Below are positions 42,043 through 50,530 of a DNA stretch of 64,000 bases, one piece after another. Each line of letters starts with the position of its first letter. Positions within the stretch are counted from its first letter, which is position 1. The stretch is from Cyanobacteria bacterium P01_F01_bin.150 (GTDB lineage Bacteria > Cyanobacteriota > Cyanobacteriia > CAKZMO01), in the NCBI GenBank assembly GCA_039189765.1, contig JBCCYL010000007.1, positions 1 to 64,000 on the forward strand. The letters run 5' to 3'. Under the pieces are notes generated by a model. It searched no databases, was not told the DNA's origin, and saw only the letters and a program-made list of their open reading frames with translations. A program made the translations under genes and the position numbers.

Positions 42043-43983
42043 ATGAGCATTTTCACCTGGCGATCGGTCAAAAAAGACTTTGGCATTAAAGAGATTCTTC
42101 GGGACGCCAGTTTCAGTATTGATGAATCTGATAAGGTGGGAGTCATTGGCACCAATGGTTCTGGTAAGTCCACCGTGCTCAAAATGTTAGCAGGTATTGA
42201 ATCCATTGACAGTGGAGACTTTCAGGTCAACCCGAACGTCCGCATAGTGTATCTTCCACAGCAGCCTGATATGGCGGACAATAATACGGTCCTCGAACAG
42301 GTCTTTGCGGATACCGGAGAACAGATGGCCTTGGTGAAAGAATATGAGGACCTGTCCCAGCGTATGGCTCAGGCGGAAGGGGCCGAGATGGAAAAATTGA
42401 TGACCCGACTCTCTGGGGTGACGGAAAAAATGGATGCCACCGGGGCTTGGGAGCTGGAAACTAAGGCGAAGATCGTCCTGAGTAAATTGGGCATTGAAAA
42501 TTTTGGCGATCGCGTTGGCACCCTCTCCGGCGGCTACCGCAAACGCATTGCCCTAGCCACCGCTCTCCTGTCCGATCCAGATATTCTGCTGATGGATGAG
42601 CCAACGAACCACCTAGATGCCGAGTCGGTGGAATGGCTCCAAGATTACCTTAAGCAGTTTCGCGGGGCACTGTTACTAATCACCCACGATCGGTATTTCT
42701 TAGATAGGGTGACCAATCGCATTATCGAAATCGATCGGGGCGATCTTTACACCTACAGCGGCAACTACTCCTACTATTTGCAAAAGAAAGCGGAGCAAGA
42801 AGAGTCGGCCCTCAGCAGTCAGAAAAAGCATGCGGGCATTTTGCGGCGAGAGCTGGCGTGGTTACGCCAGGGGCCTAAGGCCCGGAGTACTAAGCAACGA
42901 GCACGGATCGATCGCATTGAGGACCTTAAGAATAAGGAATTTAAGGAGGCCCAGGGTAAAGTTGATATTACAACGCCTGGACGCCGCATTGGTAAAACCG
43001 TGATTGAGATGGAAGGGATTAGTAAAGGGTATGGCGATCGCAACCTAATTCAAGACTTTACCTACGAATTCTCCCCCGAAGACCGGGTCGGCATCATCGG
43101 CGGCAACGGTGTCGGCAAGTCCACCTTGATGGATATGATCACCGGACGCCTTGAGCCGGACACGGGGCGGGTCAATATTGGCAGTACCATCCACATCGGT
43201 TATTTTGATCAGCACTCTGACGATCTCCAAGCTGCTCTAAACGAAGATGAACGGGTGATCGACTATATCAAGGAAGAAGGCGAATTTGTCGAAACGGCAG
43301 ATGGCTCTAAAATTAGTGCTTCCCAGATGTTGGAGAGATTTCTATTTCCGGGCAATCAACAATATGCACCCATTCATAAACTGTCAGGGGGCGAAAAGCG
43401 GCGGCTGTTTTTGCTACGAGTATTAATGGGTGCGCCCAATGTGCTGATACTGGACGAGCCAACCAATGATTTGGACGTGCAAACCTTAGCCATTTTGGAA
43501 GAGTATCTGGAAAGCTTTAACGGCTGTGTGATTACCGTATCCCACGATCGCTATTTTCTAGACCGGGTTGTTCAACGGATTTTTGCCTTTGAAGCCCAGG
43601 GCCTGGTGAGACAGTATCCCGGTAACTATTCCATGTACTTGGACTTTAAAGCCCGTCAAGGGCCAGACTTTCAAGGCGACTCAGCAAGTATCGATTCAAA
43701 AGAAGAATCTTCCAAAGCAAAAGCGAAAGCAGCTAAACCCAAGCACTCGTCTGGACCTCGTAAACTCTCCTATAAAGAAAAACGAGAGTTGGAAACCCTA
43801 GAGACCCAAATTCCAGAGATGGAGGCTGAAAAAGAGACGATTGAACAGCAGCTTTATAGTAATCCGCCATTAGACTATACAGAGGTTGAAGCCCTGACAA
43901 AGCGGCTGGCTGAGTTGGATGAGACGATTGATCAGTCCACAGAACGCTGGATGGAGTTAGAAGAAATTGCCTCTCAGGAGTAG
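42043..43983 (+). CDS. ABC-F family ATPase (Uup-like)
   Basis: Two ABC domains (GTNGSGKST/LSGG/DEPTNHLD; GGNGVGKST/LSGGE/DEPTNDLD), no TM, C-terminal 'KLSYKEKRELE...ERWMEL' coiled coil. Confidence 0.94.
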   Translation: MSIFTWRSVKKDFGIKEILRDASFSIDESDKVGVIGTNGSGKSTVLKMLAGIESIDSGDFQVNPNVRIVYLPQQPDMADNNTVLEQVFADTGEQMALVKEYEDLSQRMAQAEGAEMEKLMTRLSGVTEKMDATGAWELETKAKIVLSKLGIENFGDRVGTLSGGYRKRIALATALLSDPDILLMDEPTNHLDAESVEWLQDYLKQFRGALLLITHDRYFLDRVTNRIIEIDRGDLYTYSGNYSYYLQKKAEQEESALSSQKKHAGILRRELAWLRQGPKARSTKQRARIDRIEDLKNKEFKEAQGKVDITTPGRRIGKTVIEMEGISKGYGDRNLIQDFTYEFSPEDRVGIIGGNGVGKSTLMDMITGRLEPDTGRVNIGSTIHIGYFDQHSDDLQAALNEDERVIDYIKEEGEFVETADGSKISASQMLERFLFPGNQQYAPIHKLSGGEKRRLFLLRVLMGAPNVLILDEPTNDLDVQTLAILEEYLESFNGCVITVSHDRYFLDRVVQRIFAFEAQGLVRQYPGNYSMYLDFKARQGPDFQGDSASIDSKEESSKAKAKAAKPKHSSGPRKLSYKEKRELETLETQIPEMEAEKETIEQQLYSNPPLDYTEVEALTKRLAELDETIDQSTERWMELEEIASQE

Positions 43984-44026
43984 AGGAAACGCAATACTTG
44001 CCGAAATTTCCTTAGTTGGTCCCCCA

Positions 44027-47000
44027 TTAATCCTCAATAAAAATAATGCCAGAAGCCAGTGGAGTCTGCTTAAAGCTTACGTTGTCTCGTTTTTCTTCAA
44101 TACTTTTGAGTTTGATGTCTAGTTCACGATTGACTTTTCTCAACTGTCCCTCTGTAGCGGGAATAATTTGAGTTTTCCCCTCCTGTCGGAATCTCTCTAA
44201 ACGAGTGCTCAGCTCTTTCTGTCTCCTTGCTGCAAATGCCCTGGCGCTATTTTCCTGAGTATTGCAGCGATTATCATTGTCAATATAAAAGTCATCTATG
44301 GCCTGACCATAGGTATCCTCAAGGTAGGCATCACACTGCTTTTGGCGCTCAATAAGGCGATCGCTATTACCAACAAAGTTATGGGCATTGGGCTTTAAAC
44401 GTCCATATTTCATTAACGTTGCTAAGACTGATTCTGATTGCTGGTCGGACAGAAATTGTTTATCGTTAACGTTGATAATTTTATAGGCTAGCTGACTCTC
44501 GGTTTTGAGCCCCTGAAACGTCCAGACATGTACAGAGTAAGCATACAGTCCTGGCACCAGCTTTACGGTATTGGGAGAGGCTTGAATTGCCGAAACGGGG
44601 TGTAGGGACTGGGCCGCAGTGGCGTAGCGATCGCGTATCCAAAGAATCAGTGGATGGGTCGGATCAAGCAACTCATTACTTTGGCCCATATGGTCTGACT
44701 GCTTGGGGTTAAAAAAGCAGCCAATTGGAGACCCAGAAGTATGTAAACGAGTCGGGGTCACGCAACGGTTCTGGCTAACAAAAAAGCCTAAGTCAACTTT
44801 AGCTTTTTCCGATAGGCTAATGTGAAATAGACCTGGAGAGCTGGCCAAGGGCTTAATTATGGTGCCGGGATAGTAACGGGCAAAACAATCTTCTACAAAC
44901 GACTGCATTTCTTCTGGCTGTAGCCATCGTCCTTGTTCTCGGCTGTTATTAATTGAATCTAAAATATGGTCTGAAAAGGCCATCATATTGACGGCTTCAT
45001 TTTCCAGTTCTGTTTGTAGCAGCTTATTTTTTTTCAGGGCATCGCCTGTTTCAATCGCTCGCTTTTCCTTTTCTGCTGGAGATAAGTTGGGATTAAATAA
45101 TTCCGCGATCAGCTCCTCGGTCATATCGCCCAGAATATTTTCTAAGTCGCCAATACTTTCCTTAAAAATATCAATCCGCTCGTACAGCTTTTCTAGAATT
45201 CTTTCTTCGACAGTATTGACTAAGCTGAAATTTATAATGGAAATTCGTTCTGCTTTTTGCCCCAATCGATCCAAACGGCCAATGCGCTGTTCCACTCGCA
45301 TCGGGTTCCAGGGTAAATCATAGTTGACTAAAAAATGGCAGTGCTGGAGGTCGATGCCTTCGCTGCCAACTTCAGAGGAGAGCAAAACGGAGGGACCATC
45401 GTCTTGGCGGAAGTGCTCGACTACATCCCATTTGCGATCGCCCATATCCCCCATAATTAAGCAGGTAGAAATCCTATCTGCCTTTAGCCGCCGTTCTAAG
45501 TAGGTCAATGTTCCTCGAAAGTAGGCAAAAATTACAAACTTCTCGGCGGGATTTGCATCGAGAGTGTCTTTTAGAAACTCGACTAACTGAGCGTATTTAC
45601 TATCCTGAGCTTCTAGCTTTTCAATCCACATGGATGGGGACACGTTGGGAGAAAAGAGAGGCCTTGAGCGATCGCGTTGATTCGACGATGCAAAGTATGG
45701 ATCGCCTGGTTCTCGGAGCTGAGGAGAAACGCCAAAGTCTTCCCAAAGGGATTCATTTACCAAATCGTCAAGAATACCGTCTGACTGCCAGGTTTCCAGA
45801 GCGGCTACCATGCAGCTAGCCATTTGTCGTTGCCGAGCCACCAGGCTCAGTAACGATGTGCCCTTTTGTCCTTGGGCCTGTTGGCGAATTTCTTCCGTAA
45901 CCGTTTCATAAATTTGGCGTTCGGGTTCAGAAAAGTGGACCGTCAACGTTTGGGGATCGCGTTTGACTCGATTTGGCAAAACATCACGTTTACGACTGCG
46001 GGTCAGGTATTGGCTTAGTAGGGAGACTTTTTCCAGTTTGTAGCCAAGGTCAACTCGCTGATCGTCGGTGAGGCGATCGCTCCCCTCCAGGGTCTGAGCA
46101 ATTTGCTTTATCAGCGCATTTTCTACAAAGTAGCTGGACTTAGACGCTTGCTGTACTGATTCTTTAGCCTTAGGAGCGTTGGCAGGTTTAGTCCATAAAT
46201 AACGCAGGGCATGGACCACAGGCTGATTGGCCTCCAGCATCTGATCAAACACATCCTCATTAAAAAAATCTTCTGGACTCAGCAACCGCAGAAGCTGATA
46301 TAGATTTGTACTATCGGTTTGAATCGGCGTTGCCGTTAGCAACAGCAGATGATGGGATGCGTCTCTTGCTAGCTGACCAATTCGATGATTGGCGGTGGTG
46401 GCATTTCGCAGATAGTGAGCCTCATCAATAATCACCAGATTAAACAGACTAAACTCATTGCTGGCAGGATTATCGTCCAAAAGTCGAGCCAGTTCAGCCC
46501 TCGCACTGGTTGCCCTTGGCTCTTCCCATCCGCTGGGCGGACGTAAGCCTTCCAAACTGGCAATACAAACAAACGAGGGCTGTTTACGCTGGTTTTCCAG
46601 ACAGAGCCTAGAACGATTTAGCAGCTCCTTAGCATCCACAATATCAGCAAAAATATTAAACCGCTGGAGTAAATCATCCTGCCACTTCTGCCGCAGCATG
46701 GCGGGGCAAATAATTAACAAGCGCCGAGCATCTTCACGGCTCTGGAGTTCTTTCCAGATGTACATTGCCTCAACGGTTTTACCCAACCCCACCTCATCCG
46801 CAATCAAAATTCTCCCCACAGGAGAATTCAAAAATTTAAGCACAGGCTTAAACTGGTGGGCATAGAATGTGGTCTGGCTTGATTCCATGCTGTAAAACAC
46901 ATTTGTAAGCTGTCCCTTCAGTTTTTCAAAGGTCAGAATTCGCCGCAGATCGTCCGGCCCCCCATACCTCCCCTGCCGCATTAAGCCAGCAATACTATCA

Positions 47001-47185
47001 TCATCTCCACACAGCTCCAGAAGATTTTGGGGTTTGTACGTTTTTTCTGCTGGTCCAAACTGTACTTCAACCAAGAGCCTTGTTCCAGCTTGACGAACTT
47101 TTCCTGTCGTTTTGCCGCGTCGCCCTGGATTGGATTTCAATCGAACGTCTTGATCCGCAATTTCTGGATTCCATGTTTGAGCCAT
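44027..47185 (-). CDS. SNF2-family (RapA/DrmD-like) helicase
   Basis: ADEVGLGKT, DEAH, LLTATP, SEVGSEGIDLQ and NYDLPWNPMRVEQRIGRLDRLGQ motifs; long C-terminal extension. Confidence 0.93.
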   Translation of the reverse strand: MAQTWNPEIADQDVRLKSNPGRRGKTTGKVRQAGTRLLVEVQFGPAEKTYKPQNLLELCGDDDSIAGLMRQGRYGGPDDLRRILTFEKLKGQLTNVFYSMESSQTTFYAHQFKPVLKFLNSPVGRILIADEVGLGKTVEAMYIWKELQSREDARRLLIICPAMLRQKWQDDLLQRFNIFADIVDAKELLNRSRLCLENQRKQPSFVCIASLEGLRPPSGWEEPRATSARAELARLLDDNPASNEFSLFNLVIIDEAHYLRNATTANHRIGQLARDASHHLLLLTATPIQTDSTNLYQLLRLLSPEDFFNEDVFDQMLEANQPVVHALRYLWTKPANAPKAKESVQQASKSSYFVENALIKQIAQTLEGSDRLTDDQRVDLGYKLEKVSLLSQYLTRSRKRDVLPNRVKRDPQTLTVHFSEPERQIYETVTEEIRQQAQGQKGTSLLSLVARQRQMASCMVAALETWQSDGILDDLVNESLWEDFGVSPQLREPGDPYFASSNQRDRSRPLFSPNVSPSMWIEKLEAQDSKYAQLVEFLKDTLDANPAEKFVIFAYFRGTLTYLERRLKADRISTCLIMGDMGDRKWDVVEHFRQDDGPSVLLSSEVGSEGIDLQHCHFLVNYDLPWNPMRVEQRIGRLDRLGQKAERISIINFSLVNTVEERILEKLYERIDIFKESIGDLENILGDMTEELIAELFNPNLSPAEKEKRAIETGDALKKNKLLQTELENEAVNMMAFSDHILDSINNSREQGRWLQPEEMQSFVEDCFARYYPGTIIKPLASSPGLFHISLSEKAKVDLGFFVSQNRCVTPTRLHTSGSPIGCFFNPKQSDHMGQSNELLDPTHPLILWIRDRYATAAQSLHPVSAIQASPNTVKLVPGLYAYSVHVWTFQGLKTESQLAYKIINVNDKQFLSDQQSESVLATLMKYGRLKPNAHNFVGNSDRLIERQKQCDAYLEDTYGQAIDDFYIDNDNRCNTQENSARAFAARRQKELSTRLERFRQEGKTQIIPATEGQLRKVNRELDIKLKSIEEKRDNVSFKQTPLASGIIFIED

Positions 47186-47197
47186 CGCGATCGCCTC

Positions 47198-49609
47198 CTA
47201 GGTCATATCTTTGGTATCGCCATAGTGCATTGGCCCGTCAAAAGCCTCATAGGACGATGAATCATCTGATTCGACTTGACTGGGAAGACGGATAGCTGGC
47301 CCTTCCCAATTTGGAATACACAATCCATAAGCCACAGCAAAGCGATTAAAGTTAACGGGATCAATGCCATTAATCGCTAAATTTTTAGGCGGCGGGATGT
47401 CTTTAATTTCATAGGGGGGAATGCTCGCAGAGCCTTGGTTAAACTCTGCGTGAGTCGATTGAATGGTTGTTCGGAAAAAGGGCGTATTTCCTCCACCACC
47501 GCCGACAAAGACGTTTAAGGTTGCATCCAAATCATTTTTATACATGCCACCACGGGCGTCCTGATGCTTCTCGTTGCCATCCATCACTACCGACGCCACA
47601 AGTCTCTGCACATTAAGGCGGGTGGTACTATCCTGTAGCTTGTCATGGAGGGTTTGATCATAGAGTTCAGGATCTGGATTGAGTGAAGAGAGCTGTTGTT
47701 CGGATGCTCTGTTGCCATTTGAGGCTAACATCATGCGAATTTGATGGGACGTACTGCCTAATTCTTTAGCGGCTTGCTGGGCAAAGGCCGTTACCCCTAA
47801 AGGCTGTACCTCCCCTTTGTAGAAATCAACATACTTCCCTCCATCCTGTCGCCAGAACCGAAACGCGGCCCCATCTAACGTACCGTCGCCAATATCAAAG
47901 AATGTATAGAAGCCTTCCTGAGCTTCCCGTGAATCTAAAAATGACCAAACCGCTGCGGCAATTTCCGGTGTCGTCGCACAATCGAGTTCTTGAACTGCGT
48001 TATCAACCATCCATTTTTCTAAATGATCGAGCAATTGTGTTAATGAGGACAATGTCACATTGGGTGTGTTAAGGTCGGTCTGACTTAGGACCCAAGCTAG
48101 AGATAAGACCTTTTGAAATCTGGCTAAAGCAGGAGAATCACAGTATTCTACGGGCACTCCGACATTGATACTCCACCGAACGGTTTGATTGGTCAATAAG
48201 TCAGCATGGTGGCTTTTAATCCATTTTTGGGCACGTTGGATAACCTGACTGAGATAGTAAGCGCTCAAGCGTTCTACTATTATTGGATCATCAAGCTCTG
48301 GCAATTTCTCCAAACGCCATAAAGACTCTGAAGAGGACTCTGACGGTAAATCAAGGTCCGCTAACCGCATTTTAATAAAGTCGATAGTCTGTTCAATACA
48401 GTAGTCTCCTTCTTCCCATTCCGCTAAGGTTAAACCGGTTAGAAGCGTTCCGTCTTCAAGAATAGCGAGTTTAGTGGGAATTAAGGTTTGTTCTAACGGT
48501 AGCGGATGCTCTAACGTATTGATATCGACAAAGGTGACAATTTCAGCCTGATCTCGACTCAAGTCACGAAAACAAACCTTGGTAAATCCTGTCCCAAAGT
48601 CAATTCCAATGTTGAGATCAATATCGTAGTCTTTGCCCGCTGTGGGAAGCTGAGGCACTATATTGTGCCACTGATCCCTGATTAGAGATTCTGAGGATGG
48701 GAGCTGATCTGGATCTGGAGGAATTTCTCTGGCAGAAGACTCAGACGGCGGCTCGGATGGCGCTGGAATAGATCGAAATTCAATCCGCAGGCTGTTAATC
48801 TCTTGCTGAAGCTGAGTCAACAATTCTGAGAGTTGAGTGACATCGGTATCCAATCTGCGGGTCTGTTGATCAACCTCAGTTCTCTGATCCGCAAATGCTT
48901 GCTGCTGAGTTGCAAATGCCTGCTGTTGAGTTTGAGTAAACTGCTGGAGTTGAGATTGCTGGGATGCAAAGGTTTGTTGCTGAGTCTGGGTAAGCTGCTG
49001 AAATCGATCGTCAATTTTCTGGTCGATTTGGTCAAGCTGATCGATTTTGTTGGCGATCGCATCCACCGACGGCAAAAGCTGTTCTAGCTGGGTTGTCCAG
49101 GTATCGACACTCGACACCCGGGCAAATGTGGCCATTTGCTGGTCATGCTGGTTGAGGCGATCGCGCAACTCTCCAACCACATCAGTAAAAGCTTGAACCT
49201 GCTGACTAAGCTCTTGACGCAGGGTTTGTTCTAGAGCCTGAAGTTGAGCTAAGTTATGATTGGTCTGGGGGTCGGGCTGTTCCTGCCGCTGTTCCTGCTG
49301 TTGTTCAAATCGCTGGGCCAAGGCATTCAGCTCTTGCTGGAGCTTCTGTGTATGCTTGGAAAATCCATCGACCCGTCGTTCAAGTTGCTGGACAGAGGTG
49401 TTGGCTTGGGCCAGATGCTGGTCGATATGCTTTGATATTTGCTGTTCTTGCTGACGACGGCTGGCAAGATTAAGAGCAACAGTCACGGAAAGGGGAATAA
49501 CGGAGTAGGCAATTTGCTGGGTGGCGATCGCAATAATGGAGCCGATCCCTGATGCAGAGGCAGATGCATACTCCGCAATATTGAGCAACGAGCGATGATG
49601 AGACGACAT
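47198..49609 (-). CDS. Membrane-anchored coiled-coil protein with C-terminal Hsp70/actin-like ATPase domain
   Basis: N-terminal hydrophobic hairpin and a Gln-rich coiled coil, then IGIDFGTGFTK (phosphate-1), VGVP, PEIAAA (connect-1), FDIGDGTLD (phosphate-2), VFVGGGG (adenosine) and AVAYGL (connect-2). Confidence 0.8.
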   Translation of the reverse strand: MSSHHRSLLNIAEYASASASGIGSIIAIATQQIAYSVIPLSVTVALNLASRRQQEQQISKHIDQHLAQANTSVQQLERRVDGFSKHTQKLQQELNALAQRFEQQQEQRQEQPDPQTNHNLAQLQALEQTLRQELSQQVQAFTDVVGELRDRLNQHDQQMATFARVSSVDTWTTQLEQLLPSVDAIANKIDQLDQIDQKIDDRFQQLTQTQQQTFASQQSQLQQFTQTQQQAFATQQQAFADQRTEVDQQTRRLDTDVTQLSELLTQLQQEINSLRIEFRSIPAPSEPPSESSAREIPPDPDQLPSSESLIRDQWHNIVPQLPTAGKDYDIDLNIGIDFGTGFTKVCFRDLSRDQAEIVTFVDINTLEHPLPLEQTLIPTKLAILEDGTLLTGLTLAEWEEGDYCIEQTIDFIKMRLADLDLPSESSSESLWRLEKLPELDDPIIVERLSAYYLSQVIQRAQKWIKSHHADLLTNQTVRWSINVGVPVEYCDSPALARFQKVLSLAWVLSQTDLNTPNVTLSSLTQLLDHLEKWMVDNAVQELDCATTPEIAAAVWSFLDSREAQEGFYTFFDIGDGTLDGAAFRFWRQDGGKYVDFYKGEVQPLGVTAFAQQAAKELGSTSHQIRMMLASNGNRASEQQLSSLNPDPELYDQTLHDKLQDSTTRLNVQRLVASVVMDGNEKHQDARGGMYKNDLDATLNVFVGGGGGNTPFFRTTIQSTHAEFNQGSASIPPYEIKDIPPPKNLAINGIDPVNFNRFAVAYGLCIPNWEGPAIRLPSQVESDDSSSYEAFDGPMHYGDTKDMT

Positions 49610-49886
49610 GAGGCTACAGAAATTATCCTAAAAGAGTGGACCTACTGGGCATAATTCCCAAGAATAGACGTTCATTATTCATGCAATGGCAACCTCGATG
49701 ATTTTCTTAAAGTTTTCACCGCCTAAGAAACACGACGTGTTTTTTTAATTTTGGATGTGTTATGTCGGTGGAGCCTACACATTAAAGGCTCAGTTCTTAA
49801 ATCCGATGGTATTCAACTTCATGCAGCCAAGTGGCTGTTCTAGAATAAAAGTACTTCACCAAATCTTTTAGGACTTCTTGGGTAGC

Positions 49887-50528
49887 ATGGCGACAACAGA
49901 TTCTCTATCAGGCAAAACTAATAAGAAAAATTTCTCTAGCTTTTCTAAAAAAGAAGCATTTAAAGCTCTGGATCTGAAGGATCTAACTCAGTGGAATATT
50001 GAAGCACCTCCTCTTGCTCCCAGTCCGTTTCTAAAGGAAAGACTGGCGCGGCTACAGCGTCACTTTGACTTAGACAGTGGGGAAGAAGCGAAAAAGTTAC
50101 TGATCGACGCTCTATGTGATGAAGCCCTGGAATCGTGCGATCGCCTCAAAATCTGGAAATCAGCCAGCCTAGAAGGAGAACACACAAATGGGGTTGCCGA
50201 TTACCTGGTGGCTGAACGAAAACGGTATTTAGAAGCCCCTTTTCTGTGTATTGTTGAAGCCAAAAAAGATGACTTTGAACAGGGTTTAGCCCAATGTTTA
50301 GTGGAAATGAATGCCTGTGCCTGGACTAATCAGCAAGTCGGACAATCCCTCGATATTATTGGCATTGTGACCAATGGAGAGGGATGGAAGTTTTATAAAT
50401 ATGCCCGTGATGGCTCCATTTACGAAACGCTACTGTTTTCCATCAGCAACCTCGGTGATGTACTAGGGGTCTTGCATTTCCTATTCCATCAATGTGAGTC
50501 CCAACTGGTTGCGGCTGAAAATGAATAA
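49887..50528 (+). CDS. PD-(D/E)XK restriction-endonuclease-like protein (HsdR N-terminal-like)
   Basis: 'GVADYLV...CIVEAKKDDFEQGLAQCLVEM...GIVTNGEGWKF' pattern. Start moved to ATG 49887. Confidence 0.75.
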   Translation: MATTDSLSGKTNKKNFSSFSKKEAFKALDLKDLTQWNIEAPPLAPSPFLKERLARLQRHFDLDSGEEAKKLLIDALCDEALESCDRLKIWKSASLEGEHTNGVADYLVAERKRYLEAPFLCIVEAKKDDFEQGLAQCLVEMNACAWTNQQVGQSLDIIGIVTNGEGWKFYKYARDGSIYETLLFSISNLGDVLGVLHFLFHQCESQLVAAENE

Positions 50529-50530
50529 GC

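Noticed and set aside
47198..49609. Calling the actin-fold protein DnaK or MreB
   Set aside because: Motifs are divergent, there is no substrate-binding domain, and it has a long membrane/coiled-coil N-terminus.
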